A stretch of 35,614 bases of DNA, from the IMG/VR virus record IMGVR_UViG_3300020044_003831, positions 1 through 35,614 of that record. The stretch is one strand, 5' to 3'. Origin of the DNA: a virus. Its lineage: Duplodnaviria > Caudoviricetes. The position numbers and the translations under genes were made by a program. Positions within the stretch are counted from its first letter, which is position 1. Every line of letters starts with the position of its first letter. The notes below the pieces were generated by a model. It was not told where the DNA came from. It was given only the letters and a program-made list of their open reading frames with translations, and ran no database searches. Positions 7,765-15,824 of this stretch are shown here, piece after piece.

Positions 7765-7833
7765 GGGCCTACTCGCTGCGTCTGTGTTGCATCCCCCAAG
7801 AACCCTCAGAGGCACAGCATCCGCTTTCAGCCC
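7765..7833 (-). ncRNA. Structured RNA with a sarcin-ricin/loop-E motif between ssb and the Gp49/66 gene
   Basis: GGGCU-GAAAGC..GC-GAGUA-GGCCC (GAA/AGUA loop E); inner CUGUG/CACAG stem; followed by a U6 tract. Confidence 0.55.
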
Positions 7834-7840
7834 GTAATCG

Positions 7841-8263
7841 TCAAAATGGGATGTCGTCGTCCATGTCATCAAAGCCACTTGATGCGGGTGCAGGCGCTGG
7901 CCGTGCAGCTGGTCGCTCTTGTCGTGCAGGCGCTTGGCCTTGCTCGCGTTGTCCTGCGATCAATTCAATCTCCAGCACGGTCGCGGCTAGTTTGTGGCCT
8001 TGGCCGTTTTTGCCTTCGTAGGTCTGGATGTGCGGATCGCTCAGGACGGCGTAAATCTGCGAGCCTTTGAGCAGGTAGGGCGCGAGCGATTCGGCGCGCT
8101 TGCCCCAAATGGATGCGTCGATCCATTGCGATGGGCGCTTGTTGTCGTCGCCTTTTTTGCCGTAGTTGAACGCCAGCGACAGTTGAGCGACAACATCGCC
8201 TCGCGGTGTGTGACGGACTTCAGCGTCCCGACCAATGCGAAAAACTCCAGTGATTTGAGCCAT
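7841..8263 (-). CDS. ssb: Single-stranded DNA-binding protein
   Basis: OB-fold motifs IGRDAEVR and WGKRAESLAPYL.KG; acidic tail DDMDDDIPF. Confidence 0.95.
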   Translation of the reverse strand: MAQITGVFRIGRDAEVRHTPRGDVVAQLSLAFNYGKKGDDNKRPSQWIDASIWGKRAESLAPYLLKGSQIYAVLSDPHIQTYEGKNGQGHKLAATVLEIELIAGQREQGQAPARQERPAARPAPAPASSGFDDMDDDIPF

Positions 8264-8273
8264 GTTTTGCCTT

Positions 8274-8621
8274 TCAGTATGAACTCAGCGCGTCGTGCGC
8301 CGTTTGAATTGACTTGGCGGCTTTTGCCAAGTCCTGCTTGACCTCGCCAGCGATGGCTTTGGCCTTGATCTTCTTTTGCTGGATAGCGCCCAGCTTGGCG
8401 GTCGCGGCCACGCCATCATCTGTGTCTGCGTCGATGTGGATTCCGCAAACGTAGCGGGCCACCACCAGGATGCGCACGGGCTTAGGGATAGCCGTTTTGC
8501 TTTCGTAGCCCGAGGATGCGGACTGCTTTACGCCAATCGGCCCCCAAAATTCAGCCTGCCCAAGGCCAAGCGACTTGCGCAGCACCTTGACGGATTCGTT
8601 TGTGATCTCTTGCTCTGTCAT
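8274..8621 (-). CDS. XRE-family HTH transcriptional regulator
   Basis: LRKSLGLGQAEFWGPIGVKQSASSGYES...PKPV; first gene of a divergent operon. Confidence 0.85.
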   Translation of the reverse strand: MTEQEITNESVKVLRKSLGLGQAEFWGPIGVKQSASSGYESKTAIPKPVRILVVARYVCGIHIDADTDDGVAATAKLGAIQQKKIKAKAIAGEVKQDLAKAAKSIQTAHDALSSY

Positions 8622-8629
8622 GAATTACC

Positions 8630-8762
8630 CTTTGCTATCTTGATTTGGATAATTGTAATCTGTTTTTTTATGTTTCGATGAAAATTATTTTGCCGCAACA
8701 CGTAAAAATTAGCTTATAATAATTTCCATGGCACAGTCGCCATGCAAACTGAAAGTCAGACT
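8630..8762. promoter_or_regulatory. Divergent AT-rich promoter region
   Basis: TATAAT at 8715-8720 (+) and TACAAT at 8657-8652 (-); -35 boxes are weak. Confidence 0.6.
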
Positions 8763-9371
8763 ATGCAACCGACGCAAAAAATTGCATCTGCTCTTGTCAA
8801 AGCCCAAAAGTCTTTTGGCCCAGCACTCAAGACAAAAACCAACGCGGCGTTTAGTCGCAATGGGAATGGCGGTCAATATGCAGACCTGGCATCCTGTATT
8901 GATGCCGTCATGAGCGCCCTCAATGAAAACGGCATCATGCTCATGCAGCCAACCCACGAATGCGAGGCTGGCGTAATTGTTGAAACGCTGTTCATCCACG
9001 AATCTGGTGAAACGCTTAGTTCTGGCAAGCTCCATGTTCCAGCGACCAAGCACGACGCGCAGGGATATGGATCAGCAATGACCTATGCCCGCCGCTATTC
9101 GCTCATGTCTGCCTGCGGCATTGCCCCTGAGGATGACGATGGCAATGCGGCCAGCGGCAAGCCGGTAGCCAAAAAGCAAGAGAAAGCGCCGGTCATCAGC
9201 GAGGAGCAGGTCGCCACCATTGAGGCATTGATTGAAGAAGTCAACGCAGACAAAAAAGAATTGCTCGCATGGGTTGAACGCAACGCAAACACCGAAGTCA
9301 AGAAATTGGATCAGATCCCAGTCATGGCTTACACACACGTTATCAAAGCACTTGAAGGGAAACGCAAATGA
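8763..9371 (+). CDS. erf: ERF-family single-strand annealing protein
   Basis: YADL..., HESGE and AQGYGSAMTYARRYSL...GIAPEDDDG signature. Confidence 0.92.
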   Translation: MQPTQKIASALVKAQKSFGPALKTKTNAAFSRNGNGGQYADLASCIDAVMSALNENGIMLMQPTHECEAGVIVETLFIHESGETLSSGKLHVPATKHDAQGYGSAMTYARRYSLMSACGIAPEDDDGNAASGKPVAKKQEKAPVISEEQVATIEALIEEVNADKKELLAWVERNANTEVKKLDQIPVMAYTHVIKALEGKRK

Positions 9372-9877
9372 GCTTGCCAGCACTTTACACATTGCGCCAG
9401 GAATACATTGAGCTAATGACCAAATTGGCCGACATGGACTTGGACGCGCAGACAATCGCAGACACCATTGAATCGACCGGAATAGCTGAGTCGTTCAACG
9501 AGAAGGCGCAAAACATTGTGCTGATGTCTCGCCAGTTTGAGGCGCATTGCGATGCGATTGATGGAGAAATTAAGCGCCTGCAAGAGTTGAAAAAGCAGCG
9601 CCAAAACGCATCCGACAAGCTGCAAGACTACCTGTTGCAGAATATGTTGGCCGCGCAGATTGATGTAATCGAAAGCCCAATTTGCACGATCAAGATTCGC
9701 AAGAATCCCGAATCGGTTGATGTGTTTGAGCAAGGCCTGATTCCTCAAGAATTCATGGACTGGCCTGCAATGCCGCCGCCAAAGCCAAACAAAACGCTCA
9801 TCAAAACTGCGCTGAAATCAGGCACTGATGTGCCAGGGTGCAAGCTGGTTCGCTCCCATTCTTTGACAATCAAGTAA
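9368..9877 (+). CDS. Siphovirus Gp157-family protein
   Basis: LY.L, coiled coil EIKRLQELKK, IRKNPESV, PNKTLIKTALKSG.DVPGC.L; adjacent to ERF. Confidence 0.88.
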   Translation: MSLPALYTLRQEYIELMTKLADMDLDAQTIADTIESTGIAESFNEKAQNIVLMSRQFEAHCDAIDGEIKRLQELKKQRQNASDKLQDYLLQNMLAAQIDVIESPICTIKIRKNPESVDVFEQGLIPQEFMDWPAMPPPKPNKTLIKTALKSGTDVPGCKLVRSHSLTIK

Positions 9878-9880
9878 GCC

Positions 9881-10336
9881 ATGAAACATCAAATCAAACA
9901 CCGTTACACGGACGCCGTTCTTTTTGAGTGCGAATTGCCAGACAGCACGCCGTCAGGACTTACCACTCGACATGCACTAGAAAAGGCAGTGAGCGCCCGG
10001 GCCAACCTCGCCGGGGCCAACCTCACCGGGGCCAACCTCACCGCGGCCAACCTCACCGGGGCCAACCTCCCCGGGGCCAACCTCACCGGGGCCAACCTCA
10101 CCGTGGCCAACCTCACCGGGGCCAACCTCACCGGGGCCAACCTCGCCGGGGCCAACCTCGCCGGGGCCAACCTCGCCGGTAAAAAACTTATTGGCAATCG
10201 CCCAATCTTCATGATTGGCCCAATCGGATCACGTTGTTCTTATTTCACCTCATACATCACGGATGCGGGCATCATGCTTCGTGCTGGGTGTTTCTTTGGG
10301 TCAATTGATGAATTCAAGGCAAAGCTCATTAAATAG
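9881..10336 (+). CDS. Pentapeptide-repeat protein; C-terminal domain interrupted by TAG, with the frame continuing to 10414
   Basis: 12 x ANL(T/A)G, then IGPIGSR...[11 protein letters not shown]..; after the TAG: HGENDHRKEYEAALTLIECHHQIWK. Confidence 0.85.
   Translation: MKHQIKHRYTDAVLFECELPDSTPSGLTTRHALEKAVSARANLAGANLTGANLTAANLTGANLPGANLTGANLTVANLTGANLTGANLAGANLAGANLAGKKLIGNRPIFMIGPIGSRCSYFTSYITDAGIMLRAGCFFGSIDEFKAKLIK
10001..10180 (+). repeat. 12 tandem 15-bp repeats, GCCAACCTC(A/G/C)CCG(G/C/T)G
   Basis: Counted directly; encodes the pentapeptide repeats. Confidence 0.95.
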
Positions 10337-10426
10337 CATGGCGAAAACGATCACCGCAAAGAATATGAGGCCGCACTCACATTGATTGAGTGCCATCATC
10401 AAATCTGGAAATAACCAAGGAAAACC

Positions 10427-11299
10427 ATGTTCAAAAACGCCACCATTTACCGCTACAAAATCGAATCAGCCTTGCCGCCAGACTTTGGCGACTTTCCGTC
10501 CTTTGTCCCATGCGGCGACTTGCAGGAAAAGTCTGTCGGCTGGATTGAGCCTCGCGGCCACAACCACGGGCCAATGGTCGAGATCGTCAACGGCGAGCGC
10601 ATCGTCAAGCTGATGATTGAAACCAAGTCAGTGCCCGGAAAAGTCCTGCGCGACGAGGTGGAAAACCGCATTTATGAAATCGAGCAGGCCCAGGGCCGCA
10701 AGCCTGGCAAGAAGGAAATCCGCGAGATCAAAGAGGATGCCCGCCTTGCATTGCTGCCACAAGCCTTCCCAAAGCAAACAGCAGTCTTGGCCTGGCTTCG
10801 TGATGATGGCCTGATGATCGTGGACACGGCCAGCAACTCACGCGCCGACGACTTTGTTGGCGCGATCCTTGCAGCCGTTCCGTCGATGCAACTTTACCTG
10901 GTGGCGACGCCAACAAGCCCGCAGGGAATGATGACAAATTGGCTGCTGGGCGATCATGACGAGTTGCCGTACGGCTTCAGCATTGGCCGCGATTGCCTGC
11001 TGGAATCGATCGGCGACGATTGCGCCAAGGTCAAATTCACGCATCACAATCTGGATTGCGACGAGGTGCGAAACCATGTGCGCGAAGGCAAGTTGCCGAC
11101 GGCGCTTGGCCTTGAATGGGATGGCCAGGCGGAATTCATGCTGACGGATTCCATGCGGATCAAAAAGATCAACCTGCTTGATGCTGGCGCAGGCGAACAC
11201 GGCGAAGATGCGTTTGATACGGATGTGGCGATTTTCACGGGCACGTTTGGGCCGCTGGTGGATTCGCTAATTAAGGCGCTCGGGGGTGAGCTAGTGTAA
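10427..11299 (+). CDS. rdgC: Recombination-associated protein RdgC
   Basis: MFKNATIYR, SVGWIEPRG, LLPQAF and GKLPTALGLEW motifs; about 290 aa. Confidence 0.92.
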   Translation: MFKNATIYRYKIESALPPDFGDFPSFVPCGDLQEKSVGWIEPRGHNHGPMVEIVNGERIVKLMIETKSVPGKVLRDEVENRIYEIEQAQGRKPGKKEIREIKEDARLALLPQAFPKQTAVLAWLRDDGLMIVDTASNSRADDFVGAILAAVPSMQLYLVATPTSPQGMMTNWLLGDHDELPYGFSIGRDCLLESIGDDCAKVKFTHHNLDCDEVRNHVREGKLPTALGLEWDGQAEFMLTDSMRIKKINLLDAGAGEHGEDAFDTDVAIFTGTFGPLVDSLIKALGGELV

Positions 11300-11304
11300 A
11301 ATTA

Positions 11305-11360
11305 GTGTGTGGCTACCTTTAGCGGGGGAAAAGCAGATTGAATCACTGCCTGCCACATTC
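11305..11360 (+). ncRNA. Structured leader RNA, three-way junction (motif copy B) upstream of HNH-AP2
   Basis: UGUGG-CUA-[CCUU UAGC GGGG]-GAAAA-[GCAG AUUGAAUCA CUGC]-CUG-CCACA; preceded by TAAAAT. Confidence 0.6.
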
Positions 11361-11388
11361 TTCTTGATTCGTACATGAGAGATTCATC

Positions 11389-11904
11389 ATGCAAATTTTC
11401 CAAAATTCGGAAAAATCACTGACATTACAAAAACTTTACGAAATGTTTTTTTATTGCCAAGAAACTGGGCTATTTATTAGAAAAATTGGCGTAAAAGGTT
11501 CTTCTGCCGGTGCTGTTTCTGGATCGCAAATGTCAAAAGGATATTTGCAAATTGGCGTAAACAAAAGAAAATATCTTGCTCATAGACTTGCTTGGTTTTA
11601 TGTTTATAAAGTTTGGCCGGATGGCCAGATAGATCACATTAATGGAATAAAAACTGACAATCGAATTGAAAATCTTCGATGCGTTACAAACAAGCAAAAC
11701 CACGAAAACTCAGGGATAAAATCATCAAATAGCAGCGGATTTCGTGGTGTGTCTTTCTACAAAAGAGATGGCACATGGACTGCTCAATTAACTCACAATT
11801 ACAAAAATATATATCTTGGAAGATTTGCGACAAAAGAGCAGGCAGCCCAAGCCGCACAAGAAGGTCGCGCAAAATTTTTTACACATTCATCAAGGCAAAA
11901 ATGA
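11389..11904 (+). CDS. HNH homing endonuclease with AP2 DNA-binding domain
   Basis: AHRLAW, IDHINGIKTDNRIENLR, SGFRGVSF..W.A and YLGRF; AT-rich. Confidence 0.92.
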   Translation: MQIFQNSEKSLTLQKLYEMFFYCQETGLFIRKIGVKGSSAGAVSGSQMSKGYLQIGVNKRKYLAHRLAWFYVYKVWPDGQIDHINGIKTDNRIENLRCVTNKQNHENSGIKSSNSSGFRGVSFYKRDGTWTAQLTHNYKNIYLGRFATKEQAAQAAQEGRAKFFTHSSRQK

Positions 11905-12350
11905 AAACTAATTTTCAAAGAACAAAAAAATGGCTAGAGACTTGCGGAAAAAAACAAAGTCAAGAAAACTTATCTACACAGATAGGCGTTCATATTGAGG
12001 AATTTTGCGAGCTTCTTGAATGTTTGCGAACTGATAGCGAAGGATATGCAAAACTTTTAGATAGAACAAGACTTGATTTGACTTGGTTTGCCTCAAAGCT
12101 CAAGCGCGGCGAGCAATCGGTTTACATCCCTGTCCATCTGCGCGTGGATGCCCTGGATGCGCTTTGTGATGGCGAGGTTACAGGCAACGGCGTGGCGTAT
12201 CTGGCGGGATTTGACAAGGATGCCGCCGATCAAGCCGTGCTGGACTCCAACGATTCAAAGCTCGAGGATGGCGTGGCCGTGATTCTTGAGGGTGGCAAAA
12301 TCGGCAAAGGTAAAGATTTCAAGCCGCCGAACCTGCGTGGCTTTGTTTAG
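11901..12350 (+). CDS. MazG-like/all-alpha NTP pyrophosphohydrolase
   Basis: IEEFCEL, DALDALCD, V.DSNDSK and GKIGKG..F..PNL; ATGA coupling to the HNH gene. Confidence 0.82.
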   Translation: MKTNFQRTKKWLETCGKKQSQENLSTQIGVHIEEFCELLECLRTDSEGYAKLLDRTRLDLTWFASKLKRGEQSVYIPVHLRVDALDALCDGEVTGNGVAYLAGFDKDAADQAVLDSNDSKLEDGVAVILEGGKIGKGKDFKPPNLRGFV

Positions 12351-12784
12351 GCAAATGGGCGCACGCCATTGCGGTCAATGATCAACGCTTGCCTTCGGGC
12401 AGGCGTGTCGATTGTGTTGGGCACGCTGACATGGACCCACGCATCGTACTCTCGAATGACCTGATGAAAAGCGATGCCGCTGGCAATGATCTTGCGGCAA
12501 ACTTGGTCTGGCGTCATGCCAGGCACACGGATGTCTGCCGCGCAGCCAATCCGGTGCTGGCTGGTGTCTTTGCTTCCCACTGCATCGTTCACGCGCTTTG
12601 ACCTGAATGCGCTGTTCACCAGAACGGGCTTGCCAAGCAATGCGCGCACTTGCTCCAATAGGTCGGCAAGGCGTTTGAGGTTTGCAAGCTCTGACGGGCC
12701 TGGCGTGTTGTCCCAGCCATGCCGCGCAGCCGTCTCGCTGGCCGCCAATTCGGCAAGCGTGAAGTTTGGCGTGATATGCGTCAT
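12347..12784 (-). CDS. Endolysin, peptidase M15A family
   Basis: NFTLAEL, NSAFRS..VN.AVG...SQH..G.AADI and WVHVS Zn-peptidase motifs. Confidence 0.9.
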   Translation of the reverse strand: MTHITPNFTLAELAASETAARHGWDNTPGPSELANLKRLADLLEQVRALLGKPVLVNSAFRSKRVNDAVGSKDTSQHRIGCAADIRVPGMTPDQVCRKIIASGIAFHQVIREYDAWVHVSVPNTIDTPARRQALIIDRNGVRPFA

Positions 12785-12948
12785 TTATCAGGCGCTGCAA
12801 CGCCAATCGCACCAGCCAAGCCAAGGCCGATGGTGATGATTGCATTAGCCATCTCAGGAGCCACAGGAACGCCAATGGCAGTCAGGATAAGGAACAAACC
12901 GCGCCAGCTTGATGGCTCTTTAGCGCGTGCAATGAGGTAATCTTTCAT
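12781..12948 (-). CDS. Probable holin (55 aa, two hydrophobic segments)
   Basis: Hand translation MKDYLIARAKEPSSWRGLFLILTAIGVPVAPEMANAIITIGLGLAGAIGVAAPDK; GGAG RBS; ATGA overlap with the endolysin. Confidence 0.75.
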   Translation of the reverse strand: MKDYLIARAKEPSSWRGLFLILTAIGVPVAPEMANAIITIGLGLAGAIGVAAPDK

Positions 12949-12957
12949 GTCGTTCTC

Positions 12958-13191
12958 CTATTTGTCAGCCTTGCCGTCCAGCTTGTCAAAAATCTTTCCC
13001 AGCATGTCTTTGACCTCGCGCATGTCCTCGCGGAAATCATCGCGGGTCACGTAGGTTTTGGGCAGTTCCTCGCGCAGTTTTGCAAGGTCTGTCTTGAGGT
13101 CTTTGACCGCAGTCCAAAGCTCTCTGGCAAACCAGCCAATGGTTGCTGAGGCGATGCCCAAAACGTAGTTGATAAGCGTTTGAGGTTCCAT
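12958..13191 (-). CDS. Lysis-module membrane protein (N-terminal TM helix plus coiled coil; holin/antiholin-like)
   Basis: LINYVLGIASATIGWFA, then coiled coil with YVTRDDF. Confidence 0.75.
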   Translation of the reverse strand: MEPQTLINYVLGIASATIGWFARELWTAVKDLKTDLAKLREELPKTYVTRDDFREDMREVKDMLGKIFDKLDGKADK

Positions 13192-13511
13192 CATTCACCT
13201 GCGATTGGGTAGCGTGCTTTGATCTCTGCGATTTTGTCCAGCCATTGCTGCTGGGTGGCTTCGCCTCGTTGCCATTTGAAATAGAGCGGGTCTGATTCGG
13301 CTGTGTATGCAGCGCGGCGCAACTCTGCCGCCTGCTCTGGCGTGTATTGAATCGGCGTGCCGCCCTCAATCTCGCATGGCGGCGCGATGGGGCCGTATTC
13401 GCCCGCAATGATGGCTTGATACTCGTTGCCGGAATCAAGGTAAACAACGGCCTCTGCTGTGTCGTAGCAAATGCCAATGTGATCGGGGTTTGCCCAGCGA
13501 AGATTGTTCAT
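13191..13511 (-). CDS. Tail fibre assembly/chaperone-like protein
   Basis: Follows the fibre gene; GEYGPIA and RRAAYTAESDPL...W...IAEIKARYP motifs. Confidence 0.65.
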   Translation of the reverse strand: MNNLRWANPDHIGICYDTAEAVVYLDSGNEYQAIIAGEYGPIAPPCEIEGGTPIQYTPEQAAELRRAAYTAESDPLYFKWQRGEATQQQWLDKIAEIKARYPIAGE

Positions 13512-14101
13512 GGATTTACTGCGTCCAATTCTGAGATGTAAAGGGGCCTTGCAGTGTATCCATTTGATGCTGCGCCAGAGTCATTCCTAAATTGAGTGAT
13601 ATACCCTGAAAATTGAGCTCGTATGCGCCATTCAAAAACATCACCAGGAGCACATGAAACATCGTTTGTTCTTTGAACAAAAGCAGATGAGGCACTTGTA
13701 TACTCTTGAACCAAAATATTATTTTTATATAAAGCCAAGTATCCCAAAACTGAGTTTCCACTTGGCTCATCAAGGGCCAATGTATGGCTTGCTTTTAGCC
13801 TAATTGAGCCGGTGTATAGCGCAATCGTATACCGATACGCAACAATATAACTTCCACTTGATGTGCTTGTTAAAAGTGAAGCAGGATTTGATCCATTCAC
13901 GATGCTGTACGTATTTGCCGCAGAAACTGTCAAAACCGGCATATCTTGAAGTCGCTTTGCGGCTTTTCCAACGACGCGAGGGGCGGTTGCATCACCTTCA
14001 ATAATTGCCAGCGGGTTATCGCGCAGAGCGAGGCCATTAATTGACCTGATCGGCTTGCCGGGCTCAAGGCTTGAGTTTGGGATTGTTGTGAATGTCGTCA
14101 T
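13508..14101 (-). CDS. Tail tip/receptor-binding protein
   Basis: N-terminal PGKPI...ALRDNPLAIIEG..AP anchor followed by an AT-rich beta-rich domain; last tail gene. Confidence 0.65.
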   Translation of the reverse strand: MTTFTTIPNSSLEPGKPIRSINGLALRDNPLAIIEGDATAPRVVGKAAKRLQDMPVLTVSAANTYSIVNGSNPASLLTSTSSGSYIVAYRYTIALYTGSIRLKASHTLALDEPSGNSVLGYLALYKNNILVQEYTSASSAFVQRTNDVSCAPGDVFEWRIRAQFSGYITQFRNDSGAASNGYTARPLYISELDAVNP

Positions 14102-14108
14102 TTGTTCC

Positions 14109-15824
14109 TCATTGCCATTCATAGCCAGCTTGGCCGGAAATCAGGCCATCGGCATCTGACCACCATGCGCCGGTGGCTTTTTGTTCGTCGGTCGCCAATG
14201 AAAAGATGGGCGCGTCAGCCGCCATCCAATAGGCGTATTTTGCCGTGAAGTCGTAGTTCTGCAAAACGTACCTAACCACCGCGCCGGGTTGCACCTCTTG
14301 GGCGCTTATGACCTGATAGCGCCGTGACAGCGGCAGGCCTTCGGTGTTGGTCTGAAGGCGCGAGCTAACGTCAACCACATCGGCTGTCCACGTGTTGCGG
14401 TCTTTGGCATCAACGGAGATGGTCAGGTAAAGCGGGTCATCGCGGTAACGGGCCAGCAGGCGTGTCGTGATGGCGATGACGATTGCGTCAGTCCTGACCC
14501 AGCGGGAATAGATTTTCTTGACCGCGCTCTCGCCATATTCGCGGTCCGTCTCGGATGCTGCGTCGACTCGGATTCTGACCTTGCGGTAGTTGTCCTCCTC
14601 GTTGACCTTTTTGGACAGGTCGGCGGGCTCGTAGTAATACCAAAGCTGGGACACGCGTTCATTGGGCGCGGTCTTGATGGTCTGCGATCCGGCAAGGATG
14701 TTGGCGTCCTCGGAAAACTGCACGGGCACCTCGGTCGGCGGGCGTACGGCGCGGAGGAGGATTTTTTGCTGGCGCTCGTCCCACCAGATAAAGAATTGGG
14801 CATCACGGCAAAGCTCGGCCAGCAGGGTATTGAGGCCGGTAGGCTCGCTGATAAGCGCGGACACAATGAAGCCGTCCAGCCATTGCGCAGCCTCAGCCGC
14901 CCATTGCGTTGCGTCAATGTAGCCTGCTGCTGATGGCGCGTAATTGTCGATCAGACTTTTGGCGACTTCCCAAGCGTTTTGGTTTGTGTAGCGAATGCAG
15001 GTCTGAACCCGCGTCTCGGCTTTGTGCTCTTTGGCCGCGCTGCCATCGGTCGCCCGGGTGATGCCGGTGAATGTGATGATCCCGCTTGTGATCGTGCGGC
15101 CCGTGTAGGTCATCAACTCAGCCTCAATCCTGAGCGTGCCGGTGGCTGGGTAATCAGCCAAAACAGCACCCGTGACGGTGATCGTCGTTTGGCTGTTGGT
15201 GATGTCGGCATTGAGCGAGCCTTTGGACTGAATGGGCGCTTGGCTTGTCTTGTCGTCCAGCAAGCGCAAAGGATCAACCGCTTTGATCGTGACCATGCCA
15301 TTTGAGTTTGGCCCGTCGATCGCCTCAATCAAATACTCACGCGTCACCATGTCTACTGGGTTTTGTCCGATGTAGCCATCGCGGATGCGCAGGGCGCGGC
15401 CTTTGGCGATTGGCCATCGAGCCTTTAGTTTTGTCCAGAACGTTCCTGCGTTGAATGGGTTTGTTGCCCGCTGTGCCACGTAGGGGTCGGTCAGCGCGTC
15501 TGAGTATGGATGGTCATCAAGCGTGACCGTGGCCTGGGCGCGTTTGCCAAGCGGCCCAGAAGATGCGTCAACATCTCCCACGTTGAGCTCGGTCGGGCTT
15601 GTCGTGGTTGATCTGACCGATGGAATGGCGTCCAACGACATCGGGATGTTTGCGCTTGGCTTGGCAAAGCGCATAACCTGGGTGACCGGATCGAAAACTG
15701 ATGTAATTTGGCAGGTGTGCCAAGTGTTGTAGCAAGGCGATCCGGTGGCTGTGCAAAGGCCAACGCCATAAACCCTTGAGCAGATGTCGCGGTCAATCTC
15801 GACCAGGGTTATTGGCTCACGCAT
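14109..15824 (-). CDS. Tail tip/hub structural protein
   Basis: Position after the Dit-like gene; N-terminal Cys cluster (C..YG...C....CYNTW.TC). Confidence 0.7.
   Translation of the reverse strand: MREPITLVEIDRDICSRVYGVGLCTATGSPCYNTWHTCQITSVFDPVTQVMRFAKPSANIPMSLDAIPSVRSTTTSPTELNVGDVDASSGPLGKRAQATVTLDDHPYSDALTDPYVAQRATNPFNAGTFWTKLKARWPIAKGRALRIRDGYIGQNPVDMVTREYLIEAIDGPNSNGMVTIKAVDPLRLLDDKTSQAPIQSKGSLNADITNSQTTITVTGAVLADYPATGTLRIEAELMTYTGRTITSGIITFTGITRATDGSAAKEHKAETRVQTCIRYTNQNAWEVAKSLIDNYAPSAAGYIDATQWAAEAAQWLDGFIVSALISEPTGLNTLLAELCRDAQFFIWWDERQQKILLRAVRPPTEVPVQFSEDANILAGSQTIKTAPNERVSQLWYYYEPADLSKKVNEEDNYRKVRIRVDAASETDREYGESAVKKIYSRWVRTDAIVIAITTRLLARYRDDPLYLTISVDAKDRNTWTADVVDVSSRLQTNTEGLPLSRRYQVISAQEVQPGAVVRYVLQNYDFTAKYAYWMAADAPIFSLATDEQKATGAWWSDADGLISGQAGYEWQ

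Noticed and set aside
10001-10180. Repeat array as a CRISPR array or DGR variable region
   Set aside because: There are no spacers, the units are in-frame coding repeats, and I found no reverse transcriptase or template repeat.
9904-10212. Minus-strand RLAPV-repeat and plus-strand RGQPH-repeat ORFs
   Set aside because: They are shadow frames of the stop-free 15-bp repeat array.
9881-10414. Genome-wide TAG recoding
   Set aside because: All other genes are intact under the standard code, several end plausibly in TAG, and no suppressor tRNA was seen.
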